From contig CBFFRP010000241.1 in assembly GCA_965644295.1 (NCBI GenBank), positions 62,001-126,000 of the forward strand: DNA of 64,000 nucleotides, read 5' to 3'. Within the stretch, counting starts at the first letter, position 1. Each line of letters starts with the position of its first letter. Made by a program: the position numbers and the translations under genes. This document shows, one piece after another, positions 23,428 to 37,814 of this stretch. The notes beneath the pieces are model-generated. The model saw only the letters and a list, made by a program, of their open reading frames with translations. It was not told the DNA's origin and ran no database searches. The DNA is from Paraphysomonas bandaiensis (taxonomy: Eukaryota > Protista > Chrysophyceae).

Positions 23428-26400
23428 ATGGCCGAGGAAATCAATGTTCCAGCCTATCTAACTCTTCTCTGGGTCTTTCTGATTGTATTCGTCGTATACA
23501 TCATACGCTTATACGCTAATCCAGTATGCTTTTCATGGCATTCGGTATGCATCTATACACTGAACGCCTCTTATAACTATACGTGTATATATATATAGTA
23601 TATAGCAATATTTTTGGCCTACTTTTGTTCAATTGGTTTGCTTCTGATAGTTCCTTTAGATGGTATGAGATGATAGTTTATTCTTTATTACACTTGACGT
23701 TATCGTTGGGCAGTGTCGCTCACTGTCATTGGTCGGAGATCATATAAACTGAACGAAAACTACGAAGATAACAGTTCAAGTATGTTGGAATATAATACAT
23801 TATATATGTCTGCTTAATTGTATTAGCTCTGGTGACTATATACACTTGCTTCTTTCTCCCTGCTGCCATATTGGGGGGATTTATCATGATTTTACAAGAA
23901 CAGTATCTTCGGGAAGGTTTCCGCCGGAATTTGCATGCACACTACAAAGTAACATTGTTTCACAGGCCACTTTTCTGTAATGAGCCGAATTTATGCTACA
24001 TTCAGAACACTAGGGATGCAAACTGTTGCCGGTATTATTATTGGGGCTATTTTATTCGGAGTTCTGGTTGGCGAGAAAGTAGTGAAACCCGATGCAGAGG
24101 CGCTACTATTAACAATAGTGCTAATTAGCAACACGTGCTATCTGATAATTTTGATGATATTTATGGGATATGGTCTTGTAGCCTTCCCAATACACCTGTG
24201 GGAAAAGGGAGATCTTCGTCGAGAACTCAGTCGCGTGGAGCAGAAAGCTGCCTACAGATTCAAAACCCTGGGAGAGGCGAATATAAATATGGGTATGGCG
24301 GTGGCGGACGTCCTCAAGACTGAAGAAGCGGTACGTTACCTAACGTATGTATGCACATATGTATTTTTTTATTACTCTCATGGATACACTTGTTCAGTTG
24401 GAGACATCATCTAACTCTGCTCTCAAAGCGGCTGTTAAAGTTCTTGTCAAGGGTGTGGGAGAATATGCTATTCACACAACTTCCTGACATCTTTCATCCT
24501 TTTATGCAGAGTGCCCGCAGGGATTTTCTTCTTCAACTTTAGGGAAGGTGGCGATAGATTCAAATAAAGTGATCACTATCAACTCACTCGCAAAGCTTCG
24601 TGGAAGGTTATACTATGTGAGCAATGCTTATATGATGGCGCAAGGCAAGGTGGAGGAAGCCAAAGTGAACGCGTATAAGTACGAGGATATTATCCGTGCG
24701 ATGGGTCGACAGGATGGTGTTCGTCGCATTCAGTGGTCTTTCACTGCCGAATCTTCAGAGGCCGAGTTTATGTGGGAGGTTACATACAAACCCGTTTTAT
24801 ACCGTGTGGGGTCAGTGGTAGCAGTTTTCATGTCTTTGTTTTCGTACCTGGGAATACTTGGAACCATGCCTAACATTGCCAGGGTAATCAGTGTTTACCA
24901 TCATGCCGTACATAACGGCATTACATCTGGATTGGGAATCTGTGTATTTGTATTGTTCACGCTGCTGTACACTACATACGTGGCCATGGTAGGAATACAA
25001 AATTTGAACAACTCAAAACATCACCCTTACCGTTGTCGATTTGTAGTGGTCGATATTCCAGATGCGCATCGCCGATATAATGGAGCTGTTGCCAGGTCGA
25101 AAGACTTCTCCCATCTCTCTTTCGGTTAACGCTAGGGTCTGCGCCAAGTTCGCTGCCCCGCTCTGCTTTTTTTACCTTGGGTGGATTTTTGAGAACGGAA
25201 TTAGGACAGGTGCGTGGACAGAGGGAGCCGATGGATCCACACACCTGACTGCCTTTGCCCGCTTCTACCAGATTCAGGTTATACCTGTCATAGGTTAGTA
25301 TCATTTCAATGTTTTGGTCAAACAAATCTTTGATGATTGAGCCCCTTTCTAGGTGATAGTTTTAACTTGGTGTTTCCTGTTATTATATTTGGCACGTCTG
25401 CTCTTGTTGCAACGAATACTATCAACCGACTCTTAGTATTTCTTAAGCTTGAAAAATTTCAATTCGGCTCAGAAATATTGACTGATGATCAATTGAGAGA
25501 GGGTCGCAGACAGCTAGCGAGGCACAAGCGGTTGATGGAGCGTTCTGCTCGTCGCTCATCTCTAAAGGCTCGCATTGAGTTGGCTAGAGGAGGGGGTGCC
25601 AGTGTAGTAGTCGCACTGCCAACATCAGTAAAGTCACTCTTCAGTCCGTTCTTCTGCTGGCGTATTAGAGGTTAGTCACATATATACAAGGCCTGGACGT
25701 TGTAACTGTGTGTACATAGAGCGTGACGTGTTAGAGGGACAAAAAGACTTGGAATTAGTCACAGTTGAGGAGGAAGACGTTTTACCAAATAGTATGTGGT
25801 GTGTTATGGTGTGTTGGAGAATATGATCATAAGTTTCAGATTTAAAAGGTTGGGGTGAACGCAAGGATAGCAGTATGAGAGGTTTCCGGACGTGGCAGCG
25901 ACGATATTTGGTTACTAAAGAACCAGGAACACTATTTTTTTACAGTGATGCCGAAATGGAAAAGGAGATGGAAGCCAGGCTTAACCTTCATGAAGTGATA
26001 ACGTTCTTGCACCTCGATGGGAAGGATAACACTACTGTTCGTATCGAGCTTCCTGACACTGAGATCAACCTGCGGTTTCAGACAGTCGAGGATGCTGCAG
26101 TATGGGCATTGGGGCTCGATGAGTGGAAGGAATATGCCTCGCTACACCGTAAGTGGGGTTCGCAGCATGCCATATTTGTATGTTTGTATGTATATATACA
26201 TCAATATGTAAATGATTAGCTTTGTGCAGAGTCACTTGCTTTGTGCAGTACAGCGGAGCAGTTAGACCTGAGTGACTTGTGCAGCTTTGACGAAGAGAGT
26301 GGCCAGAATGTGTCCGAGTTAACCACTTTCAGTGCACAGGAGGCCGTACTTAAATCGTTAGATACCGTTGGACCGGACAGTGCTGGAGAGGTATGCAATC

Positions 26401-26977
26401 GCAAAGTACTTGGCTTGGCCAAGTCTCATCAAAGATTACCACCTCCAATGCTTGTTACTTGCTCGGAAGATTTGTTCCAGAGGCCAGATCCTCTGGAGGG
26501 CTGGCTGGAAAAGAAGCAAGGTGCCATTGTTTTTCAGTGGCAGCGCTTGTACTGTAGAGTTCTGCCGTCCACTTTAGAACTAGCCTGCTATTGCTCTGAT
26601 AGGTTGTTACAATGCACGCTTTGGATTTACGACTTGGCTTACATATTTTTTTATTAGGATTGACGAAAAGGCAATGACAACGATAGACCTGAGACATATT
26701 ATGTCGGTTGACAAAAAGCATGAGGTGAACATTATATTTTTAACCTGAAAAGTGTATAACATCCAGTTGTGATTAAGGGGGAGAGTATAGACTCGTCAAG
26801 ATTTCATATCGAAACACAGGAAGGGGATTACTATCTTAAGGCAATGTCGCATGAAGAGGGAGAGAGGTTAGCGGAGTTTCAGTGTATATTGAAGTGATAT
26901 AAAAGCGTTAAATTGTTTGCAGATGGGTGAATGGACTTCTTGAATGGAGAGACTTCGCGCTATTCAGTGTTGAATAA
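23428..26977 (+). CDS. LMBR1-like membrane protein with two C-terminal PH domains; multi-exon
   Basis: LLIVPLD, ISNTCYL..MGYGLVAFP, SLSVNARVCAKFAAPLCFFYL, FNLVFP (LMBR1/LMBRD2 hallmarks); PH motifs WQRRYL..LFFY..W and LEGWLEKK..WQRLY. Confidence 0.87.
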
Positions 26978-27389
26978 ACTATAAATCAGCACACAACCAC
27001 TGTTGTGCTATTGTTGTACCGTAGGAAGTATCTCTCTTATTTCTTGGTTACGGTAATTTGAAGTTCAGATATTGTACAAATTGCTTGTGTTTCGTAAATA
27101 ATATCAGGATACACTCCTGTGAGTGATATTGTGGGAGTAATATATTATAAATAAGTATTCATATTAATTAAATACAGAACTAGCTAATAGATAGATGCCA
27201 TTTGTACTGTGTTGAGTGCAGATGAAACGCTAATCACTCCAAGATAGATTAAAAATCCACTGTTATGCATACTTAGATATACAGTACTTTTGATATAAAC
27301 AAAATAGTAAATCAAATAAGAACGTAAACAGTAAATACAGTAAAGAATGATGGCACAAATGCTATTATAAACGAAATCGACAGTGATGA

Positions 27390-29367
27390 CTACGAGGATT
27401 CATTAAGTAGTTGATTAGTTGTATCTGTCATATCACTGTGTTGTACGTACTTAGACTTCCGTATGTCCTCGCTGTCGTCAATCTCCGATATAATATTCGG
27501 TTCACCACGCCCTCGAACAGCTAGAGTGTCCCATGAAGATGATGCCCTTACCAACCCATGATGTGCTAATTTCCGAAAGGATAGACCACTATTGTTTACA
27601 AATCCGCTACTAGTAGAAGATCTGCTGACGCTGCTGTCTATACTTCCCAGCCCTATGCTCTCATACCAGACCCTTTCCTCCCCGTTTACACATGAGTTAG
27701 ACATACGCGCACGCAATGCTTCCATCCATTTTTGCCGCACACCCTCATTAGTCGCCGCAAGTAAAATTACCACAGATCCTGTGCTGTCAACTATCTCAAA
27801 GGGGTGCTCGAAAGACAGCATGTCGGGTATGCGCACAAAGCAGTTATCTATTGACAGCTCTCTCGCCAATCGGCCACGCTTATAGCATGCTAGGACACCA
27901 CTTCGTCTCAATTCAAAGTCACGCAGCTTCCACATGACTTCTCCGCGGCGGAACAACCTCCCACTAATAACTGGTAAGTCTACTGCAGTCGGAGGGCCAA
28001 TGCCCTCTTGACTGTGGCGGTGCTCATAGTGATGCAAATTAATCAGAGCTAGCTGGTGGGTCAGAGCGGCTAACCATAGCTCTCTCATCCGTGCCGAAGG
28101 AGCATTGAATACACAGACCATTTCACGGGAAAGCATTGAATCAAGAGCTAGCTCCACACGCGGAGGAAGACTCATACCCTCACCAATACGTAGAAGTCCA
28201 AAAAGGAAATAATGTTGTTGCCCAAGATCCACTGGATCATGCAGATGAGAGAGCATCACTGCTTCGCACCCCTTAATAGGATACGATACATGCGATTTGT
28301 AATTGTTTTCTAGTTCGACATTTATAGCGAAGTCAGTCAGTGTAGCATGTCCCTCACACCACCTTTTCCTGTAATGACTCTGCCTTTGAATCGAAGAAGA
28401 AAATATACTCCCTCGGGGATGCAAGGAGATAAATTTCTCTAGTGCGTCTCGGCAAGTGAATAGATGCTCTTGTTTAACCACAGTGCGCATCCATATTCTG
28501 CGGCGAACGGTACATCCATGGGAGGGGCTGGATGTCCACTCAGTTGAATCGAATGAATCGCTATATTGCCAACCAGCTGGGTCCCGACCTGGATGCACAG
28601 TAAATATGTAGTCATGGAGGATAGTCCAGCCCGGTGTAGGAATGCTCTGGCAGGGATCTACCGGTTTAAGACATTCTAGGGGTACCGCAGTCAGATCAAG
28701 GTTCGGATCTGCACAGGACCACTGAGGTGGGTCACAAGGGGTCAGGTAATACCCTTCAAATATTTCCCGGTGGGATCTCTGGCACTCCAACACTGTTTCA
28801 ACCCTAAAAGGAAGTCCATGTAATGCCAGACGAATAAAAGAAGGATTAAATGATCGAAATTTTGTTGTGTAATCACTTGTAAGACTCATCACTCGATGAT
28901 GTTGACTGACTTCCACTAACACTCTCTGCCACAGACGTTTCCTAACACAGATTCCATCTTGAAATGAATCTGACCACTCATCATCAAATGATGTGCTATA
29001 CTTCCATCCATTAAGATCAGTATGATGTAGTTTTCTATATACACTCCAGCTATGACTCACTGCATAGTTCACTGGGACCTCCATGGTCTCATAAGATCCC
29101 ACAGTCTCTCCTGTGATCGTCTCATAACCCTCTGGATCATCATCAAGTAAGTTTTCTTTATGAAAGTGTAATGAATCATTCGAACACCATAGTGATGATG
29201 TATGTATGTATGATTGTAGACGTTGATGTTCCCAACACTCTTGTTTGATCGCATGAATCCCTTCGTCACTACACAGCAACACATGGAACCATCAAGATAG
29301 AGATATGGATAGTATGAAATGAAGATACTTACTTTAAATAACAGACAACTTCATCCGCATCTTCCAT
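27390..29367 (-). CDS. Dysferlin (DysF/Pex24)-domain plus PH-domain protein
   Basis: ECWEHQR, DLNGWKYSTSF..VRKRLWQR, DPAGWQYSDSF..VRRRIWMR, followed by two PH-like domains; short first exon MEDADEVVCYL. Confidence 0.8.
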
Positions 29368-29443
29368 TCTTGTTGTGTATATATGAGTCTCAACCACCTC
29401 CCATTAAACCAAATCCATAAACAACAACCAAGCCAAGATCCAA

Positions 29444-29713
29444 CATACATACATACATACATACATACATACATACATACATACATACATACATACATAC
29501 ATACATACATACATACATACATACATACATACATACATACATACATACATACATACATACATACATACATACATACATACATACATACATACATACATAC
29601 ATACATACATACATACATACATACATACATACATACATACATACATACATACATACATACATACATACATACATACATACATACATACATACATACATAC
29701 ATACATACATACA

Positions 29714-29747
<34 letters not shown>

Positions 29748-29818
29748 CATACATACATACATACATACATACATACATACATACATACATACATACATAC
29801 ATACATACATACATACAC
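29444..29818. repeat. (CATA)n microsatellite
   Basis: Direct inspection. Confidence 0.99.
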
Positions 29819-29894
29819 TTACATACGTTCAGCGCACTCGCGATATAGCACGATTACCATCCGCGAAAGGTTTTTAACATAAAAGTGGCAGTAT

Positions 29895-30942
29895 TTATAT
29901 AAAAATCACTGTTTTTACTATAAAAACTCTATTGGAACGGTTTCTGAAAGATGTCCCCTTTTTGCGCTTGGAATTCGCTTTATTTTTGGAAAATCGGGTT
30001 TTTGAAGCCGCAAGCTGAACAGACTCATCGATAGGGTGCATCTGCAGGTTGATCGCCAGTTCACGATACGTCATATTTTCTTTGGATACCAGGCCTTGTC
30101 GAATGCGTGATATGAGATCTTGGTCACTTATCCGATGACCATAATTAATCAGCTTGTGTCGGAGCTTTTCGACAGCGTTAAGAAAGTTGATTATCGACTG
30201 ACCTTTTTTGATTTTTATACTCTGGAATTGTCCAACAATCAGATCGGTGATTACATCGTTAGTCGTTTTTTCTTTGAAGTGGTTCAACATATCGGTCCAG
30301 GCGGTTTTACCGTCTCCATCGGGGACGTTCTCCAAAATCCCTTCAGCCTCTTCATTCTGACCAATGATAGAGCTTGCAATGACTGACCATAGGTAGTTAT
30401 TACCTTCATCATAATAACGTTTCGCATCCTGATACTGTTCGAGTCGATACTGGTAGTCCTCGTCATCTGAGTTTCTCCTGCTTCAGGCTCGATTGGGTGA
30501 TCGTTCTGTAGAGTATAAACGATCTTAGGCTTGCGATAGAACCATGCACGGCACTTATTCTGCCACCTGGAGAAGTTCTTCGCATCAAATTTCGGCATTG
30601 AGTCCTTTCGTTTGTCGGTTGTCGAATCCGAGTCAGTTGAGTCGTAACTTGTAACTTTAACTACCACTCGCTACCAAATAAAGAATTGATCTTTATAATA
30701 GTAAAACAATGTTGTGATTATTAGAGTGTAAGTAATGAACACGATAGAGTGAGAATTATGAATAACAATATAGAACATAACTATCATGCACAACGGAATA
30801 GTTAGAAGTGTAACTGATAATGACGACGTTATGATGACGATCATGTATCTTCAACAGATACTCTCTCTAATTCAGTTCATGATATATTTCATTGAACATT
30901 ATAACTCACAGATACAATCTTGTATTAAGTTGAATCCTAATA
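29895..30942 (-). mobile_element. Ty1/Copia 5' fragment: LTR (30679-30942), PBS and frameshifted gag
   Basis: 264-bp LTR matching 36881-37144; PBS TGGTAGCGAG; gag motifs PKFDAKNFSRWQ, DGDGKTAW, ISDQDLISRIRQGL. Confidence 0.85.
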
Positions 30943-30983
30943 CCTTATAATGCGAATCGGAGTAAAGGTGGCCGGCTTCCTAC

Positions 30984-31081
30984 TCTCCCATACAGCCATG
31001 ATAGATTGGGATTAATACTACTATTTTATACGGATTCTATGACTAACGAGTCTTTATGTCTGTCATGGCTGTATGGGAGAG
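30984..31081. repeat. Small hairpin/MITE-like element with 23-bp inverted repeats
   Basis: ctctcccatacagccatgataga ... tctgtcatggctgtatgggagag. Confidence 0.6.
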
Positions 31082-31094
31082 GCCAGTTCTGCTA

Positions 31095-31960
31095 CGTCGT
31101 AACAGGAAAATAACTTCCTTACGACAAGCTTGTGAGTGGGTCATGGGTGCTGTAGAGAAGGTGTACATGCATCTATTGCTGCCATTGCCTTTTAACAAAG
31201 TAACTCGTGCTACTAGCTACTAGACTAGCTTGTATTCATAGATTATATAACTATCCTGTTCGCTCCACTGGTATAAGTCAAATTCGTAATACTTTCTTAT
31301 AAACATACATATATGCGCTATAGAATGTAATACGTAGTAATTTGCATAACTCTAGTAATAACTTAAACTGTTATAATCTGAAAATCACTTCTTATTTATC
31401 ACTACTTTCTCCTTTACCAGGGACATCATGAAAGTCATCATCATTATTTGCTGTTGGACCATAGATGCCTTTTCTCGTCGTCGTTCCATTTCTTCGCGTC
31501 GTTGTTCCATTTCTTCTTCACGTCGTCGTTTCTCTTCTCGTCTTCTCTCTGCTCGATCCTCTTCGCAGAGCCTGTGAGCTTCGTCTCTTTGTTGCATGTA
31601 CATCATCATGTGAAACATATTATTATCTTCAGATTTTTCCTTCAAAGCACGGTCTATACTCTATACTAAACTTTTTCGTAGTCACCGGTGACTGTCCATG
31701 AGCAGAATTAATCAACTGTTGCTCAATTAAACCAACTCTTCCCGTGGTATATGTAGTCGAATTTAAGTCAGCAATATCACTCCCGTTATCCTCATCATCA
31801 TCAACATCATCATCCACCTCCTCTTCGTTGACCAATGAGATGTATTGAGCTCCTCTTTGTTGCTATCCTCATCAACGTCCTCTTTGGAGAGCTACTCTTT
31901 GCTGGTCACTGGTCAGCGTAGTGGGTTTGGCTATCTTGTGATCTCAATGACTGGTACTAA
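31095..31960. mobile_element. PIF/Harbinger remnant: transposase C-terminus (+, to 31302) convergent with a decayed accessory gene (-, from 31385)
   Basis: RQACEWVMGAVEKVY..LPLPF..HRLYNY.VRSTGISQIRNTF*; the opposite strand carries an MMMYMQQRDE..RRREE..QQQIMMM low-complexity tail typical of Harbinger second genes. Confidence 0.65.
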
Positions 31961-33150
31961 AAATAGAATCTACGGGTGTGTTTACTTACTGATTAATGAT
32001 ACTACTGTATTGCAATGCTATTGTTAGGCCGGTTTCAAAAACTCCATTAGTATTATCAATGGAACACTACCTAACAATAGTATTGAAATATTATGTTCTT
32101 ACCATCCCGTGATAATACGCATTGCATCACACCTGGTATCACATATCACTCTCAAATTGATAGCCAACTTGCTCAGCACCACCATGTTCCACTATTTCTA
32201 AGCAAAACGAAATAAATCGTGATAAATATCCCCGCCCAGAAACACATCTATTCACACTCACCTCAAAACTCACAACACGAAGATAACCCAAACTTCTTCA
32301 AGCGTGTTAGATTGCTGGTAGGATACTTAGCACATACGGCTCACTGATTCGTAATCAAAGATCGTTCTCTTTGACACTGATTAGTTCTTCGAAGTGAACT
32401 CCACAACGCTCTTGAAATATTGAAAATAGAGGAACGAGATCGCTGAGGTAGTGCATCCATTATGTGTCATCAGATTTTCTCTCATCTCATTCTGATTGTG
32501 AAGTGTACGACTTGTGGTTTGATCTCACTCATAGACATCACTCATATACACTGATATCGTAGATTACAGTTGAATAATACACACGTATAACCAATCAGAG
32601 TGTTGTCAGTACGTAACATACATGCATGTGTCGTCAGGTTGGGTTCATACTGCAGCTAATGCATGCATGTGAGTTGAGTGATACGATGTCATCATGCTGT
32701 CTATAGCTGTTGATACTCAATGAAATACAATAATATGACGATAGATTCGTGCTCAGCACCTCTGAATTAGTCTACCAGCATCATCCCTCCACCAGCATCA
32801 CTGCGAGCAGACATACTCAGACAAACCATGATCACAAGCGCATCCTGATGGACGACAGCGACAGATGGTTGAAAAGATGAAGATACTCACTTGCAACTTA
32901 ACGCAACACTGAACTGATGAGAGATCAAAGTGACGGTCACGAGAATGATAATGAAACAAAGCTGAGAGTGTGTTTGATCACCAACTGAAAAATAGAGTGT
33001 CTCTTCAAGATATGAAGGTATCTTATTGTGCTGATTGTGTGAAGTGATGAAGTGAGATGGTGTGATGTAGCGTGTATGTGTGTATAGTAGGATCATATTG
33101 TTGCTTCCATTCACTTCACTTTTCTTGTCTTCTATATACATATATATAAG

Positions 33151-33815
33151 ATGGATGATATTACTACAGCTGCTCATAAGGGTGATTGGAGTGGTGTGAA
33201 GAGATGCGTTGAGAGGGGTGATGATATACATACACGAGATAAGGTACACCACACACATACATACATACATACATACATACATACATACATACATACATAC
33301 ATACATACATACATACATACATACATACATACATACATACATACATACATACATACATACATACATACATACATACATACATACATACACACATACATAC
33401 ATACATACATACATACATACATACATACATACATACATACATACATACATACATACATACATACATACATACATACATACATACATACATACATACATAC
33501 ATACATACATACATACATACATACATACATACATACATACATACATACATACATACATACATACACACATACACACTTACACATACATACATACATACAT
33601 ACATACATACATACATACATACATACATACATACATACATACATACATACATACATACATACATACATACATACATACATACATACATACATACATACAT
33701 ACATACATACATACATACATACATACACACATACATACATACATACATACATACATACATACATACATACATACATACATACATACATACATACATACAT
33801 ACATACATACATACA

Positions 33816-33847
<32 letters not shown>

Positions 33848-35462
33848 CAGTGCTATACATGCATATACAGTGATATGAGGGCTCATGTGATGTTATTGTT
33901 GTTGTTTTATAGGATGGTTGGACGGCTCTTCACTATGCTGCCTATGAAGGTCACAGAGATATATGTGAATATCTCATAAGGGAAGGAGCAGATGTCACTA
34001 TAAGAGACACTGTAAGTTTCCCCCCTATACATACATGTACAGTGATATTTTTGTTGTTGTTTTATAGTGGGGTTCTACAGCTCTTCACAGTGCTGCTCGT
34101 TATGGTGACAGAGATATATGTGAATATCTCATAAGGGGAGGAGCAGATATCATTATAAGCGACGATGTAAGTATCCCCCCTTTACATACATATACAGTGA
34201 TATACATACATATACAGTGATATACATACATATACAGTGATATACATACATATACAGTGATATACATACATATACAGTGATATACATACATATATACATA
34301 TACAGTGCTATGAGGCTCATGTGATGTCATTGTTGTTTTATAGTGGGGTTCTACGGCTCTTCACTTGGCTGCCTTTAGAGGTCGCAGAGATACATGTGAA
34401 TATCTCATAAGGGAAGGAGCAGATATCACTATAAGAGACGATGTAAGTATCCCCCCTTTACATACATATACAGTGATATACATACATATACAGTGATATA
34501 CATACATATACATACATATACACATACATATACAGTGATATACATGCATACACAGTGTTAAGAGGACTCATATATAAGTATGCATATTTTATGTACTTCA
34601 GACTCATTATGTGAAAGACGGTATGAATATGCGACGATGTACAGTGCCACTTCTTTTGATGATGCTTATTATTTTGCAGTATAGAAAGACTCCTGTTGAT
34701 GTGGCAGAAGATGATGAGACGCGTAATGTCATCAGAAGTGCACATGTTAGTATGTATACTGTATGTTTGTTTCATCTTATTCGTAGAACCAGAGAGATGA
34801 CCTCATTGGATCATATGTGCATTGTATAGGCTGAGAGACAGAGACGGAGACAGCAAGAGGAGGAGGAAGCTGCTGCAGAGGTATGTGTGTGATGGTGATG
34901 TGGTTCTATGGCATGATATGTTTGATAGTATTGGTATGGTTGGTGTATGATGTAGGTGTCGAGAGTGTTTTTGATTTAATTGAGGTTGTGCGTATTGTAT
35001 AGGCTGAGAGACAGAGACGGAGACAACAAGTGGAGGAGGAAGCTGCTGCTGCAGAGGTATGTGTGTGATGTAGTTATATGGTATACATGTTAGATAGTAT
35101 TGGTATTGTTGGTGAAATATACAAGTATTTGCTATGTTTAGGTTATAATTGAGTTTGTGCGTATTGTATAGGCTGAGAGGCAGAGACGGAGACAAGTGGA
35201 CGCCCCTGCTGCAACTGCCTTGACGGGGGATGTGGATGAACGTTATTTGTGTGTAATTTGTAAGGTTGAGTGCTTTCTGCATGTCTGCATTACTGTGCTC
35301 ATGTTTTGCGTTATATGTGTACAGGAAAGAGAAAAGAATGTAACGTTGCTTCCCTGCAGACATGTATGTTTGTGTCACGAAGTCTGCTCGAATGTTGAAA
35401 GCATTGTAAGATGTCCATTGTGCAGTGAAGTTATAGTAGAGCGAATGCGTATTTTCATATAA
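33151..35462 (+). CDS. Ankyrin-repeat / coiled-coil / C3HC4 RING protein (putative E3 ligase); about 9 exons
   Basis: Exons DGWTALHYAAYEGHRDICEYLIREGAD, WGSTALHSAARYG.., WGSTALHLAAFRG.., three AERQRRRQ exons, and CVICK/EREKNVTLLPCRHVCLCHEVC..CPLC. Confidence 0.9.
33251..33850. repeat. (CATA)n microsatellite in intron 1 of the ankyrin gene
   Basis: Direct inspection. Confidence 0.99.
34181..34306. repeat. 20-bp intronic minisatellite (tatacatacatatacagtga)n; similar array at 34458-34556
   Basis: Direct inspection. Confidence 0.9.
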
Positions 35463-35750
35463 TGCGAAAAGCGTCAGGGCTGGGTCTAGTCCTTGACCTA
35501 TGTATAATTGCAAAAATAATCCATCAATATTGATATTGTTAAAGTAGCTCGCAATATATTGTAGTCAATTTTTCTTCTTGTCGTACACCGGAAACATTTC
35601 ATTTGTGGTATGTACTTCCAATATACGTGAACGCAGCAAAACTTATTGTATTGGTGTTGCGCAAAAGTATGCATTCTACTACACTTAATATGCTGTTGTT
35701 TCTGACAGCTGTGTCCGCCCCCAATTTCACCTATATTGTCAACTAGTTGA

Positions 35751-36626
35751 TAGTTATATACTTATCCCCATTTTGTTTCAAAAAAAGTTTTTTTTGACCT
35801 GATTTTGACTCAACAGGGCGCTCATATCAGCACCGGGCAAATATAGACATTTAACTTCAATATTCGGTTCAACAGAAGCTCACTTTTATCTTCATTATGA
35901 TAATGACTGTCATATGTACGTGATTTCATTATAGTACACAATTATAGAGAAACCACAATCATGAGCGAAACACCAAGAGCAGATCATCTAACTCCAAGTT
36001 ATATTCCATCCTTCGACTGCTATAGAAGATCACAACGATGTCAGTGCAAGTGATCTGTCTTCATATCCAGGACTTCGAAACAACTTCAAGAACATGACAG
36101 GAGAGTTTAAGTACCATATCTGATGCTATATAGGTGGTTAGGAGCAGTTGCAGCCAGTTCTTTCAGGGTTTGAGCCATATCGTGCTTCTCAGGATATTGT
36201 GTGTCTCATATCATACACACATCTTTCGATCAGGTGCAATTGCAGAGGTAAAGCCTGCTGTATATAAATGTGATGATGATGCTAATGAAGGCAATAAGAA
36301 GCCTCTCTTTCACCTTCAACTGTTCACGTTTATCATCACACTTACAGTATATACATATCATTGATTTGAAACTATATGAGTTCTCATTTGTGTTGTTCTT
36401 AATGTTAATCAGGGAACATCTATTTCTTAATACAGCAAGCATGCTACAAAGAGCTATACAATCTAATATTAACTTTTCAACGTCATGAGGATAAGCTACA
36501 ATTTAACCTAGGGATAAGGAGTATTGTCCCTTGTCTAAATTTTAAAACTCGGGCTTTTCGCCCTCGTTTCAAAATTTTGAGCGCGGGACGATATAGCCTC
36601 CTTATTACCCGTGGTTAAATATAACT
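35751..36626. mobile_element. Non-autonomous element E1 (about 880 bp), possibly Crypton-like
   Basis: Near-identical inverted copy at 41548-42409; TAGTTATAT..ATATAACTA ends; subterminal hairpin ctcgggcttttcgccctcg. Confidence 0.65.
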
Positions 36627-36880
36627 ATATATACCTATACACACAGCTATTGCTCCATTCTGAGCGCGTACTTAGGTCGATCCGGGTGGGTACTTAACTA
36701 ATACTTGATTAAATCCCCTAGTCTACGTTATTTGCTGGCTACCTACTGAACCCAACTAGTTATGTTGAGTTCTACGGTATGATGTGATACATATTGTGCA
36801 ATTGAAGTGAGTTAATAGTATGTAGTATGTACCAGAGACGATATCAACCCATAGTTGTAACGGGTGAATATAGTTACAAA

Positions 36881-37650
36881 TAAAGAATTGATCTTTATAA
36901 TAGTAAAACAATGTTGTGATTATTAGAGTGTAAGTAATGAACACGATAGAGTGAAAATTATGAATAACAATATAGAACATAACTATCATGCACAACGGAA
37001 TAGTTAGAAGTGTAACTGATAATGACGACGTTATGATGACGATCATGTATCTTCGACAGATACTCTCTCTAATTCAGTTCATGATATATTTCATTGAACA
37101 TTATAACTCACAGATACAATCATGTATTAAGTTGAATCCTAATACGCCCCCTCAATGAAATAATCAGTGAACCGTAGAGAGAATATGAACTTATACACAC
37201 TGAGAGTAAAAACCAGAGTAGCAGTCACTAGTCAATAATAAGCGAACTGCAGAGATGCCATATTGTGAGACCATCCTTCTAGTCCAGCATCATGTATTGA
37301 AAAAATGTAAAAAAAAATGGTAAAAACTCCGTGTAACTCAAACTAGCCATCAAGGTCGCTTGTGGCTTGGAAATTGTGATATAAGGGTCACTGAGGTTGT
37401 TGATTGCTTTCTGTTGCTGCTGGATGGGATGTCGAACCCAGCTCCCCCCATCAACGTAGTTCACAATGTGGTAAAGTGATTTGCTCCTAGTGGTTTTGTA
37501 AGGAGGTCGGCTTACATTGACTTTGTGGATATATGATCAACGGTCATAATGTTCTCCGCAATATGTTCTCGGATGAAGTGGTATCGAATCGCGATATGTT
37601 TTGTACGTCGATGATGAGTAGGATTGTAACATAATTGGACTGCATCTTTA
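36881..37650 (-). mobile_element. Ty1/Copia 3' fragment: RNase H remnant, PPT and LTR (36881-37144)
   Basis: NPTHHRRTKHIAIRYHFIRE..ADLLTKPL with stops; PPT GAGGGGGCG directly before the LTR. Confidence 0.88.
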
Positions 37651-37695
37651 TGAGGCGTCAACTATCCATATACCACAAAAGACTAGTGAGGTTAG

Positions 37696-37805
37696 TATGC
37701 TACAAGGGGGGCTCTAGAGGACTGTGTGTGTGTGTGTATGTGCAGCCATATGCTACAAGGGGGGCTCTAGAGGACTGTGTGTGTGTGTGTATGTATACAG
37801 CAGCC
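37696..37805. repeat. Tandem duplication of a unit of about 53 bp
   Basis: tatgctacaaggggggctctagaggactgtgtgtgtgtgtatgt..cagc occurs twice. Confidence 0.9.
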
Positions 37806-37814
37806 TGCATCTTA

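Noticed and set aside
32160-33000. Possible decayed gene fragments (also 3300-4350, 40080-40700, 63450-64000)
   Set aside because: Multiple stops and no motif I can identify with confidence.
34181-34560. Regular 20-bp repeats as a CRISPR-like array
   Set aside because: No unique spacers; intronic minisatellite in a eukaryotic gene; no cas genes.
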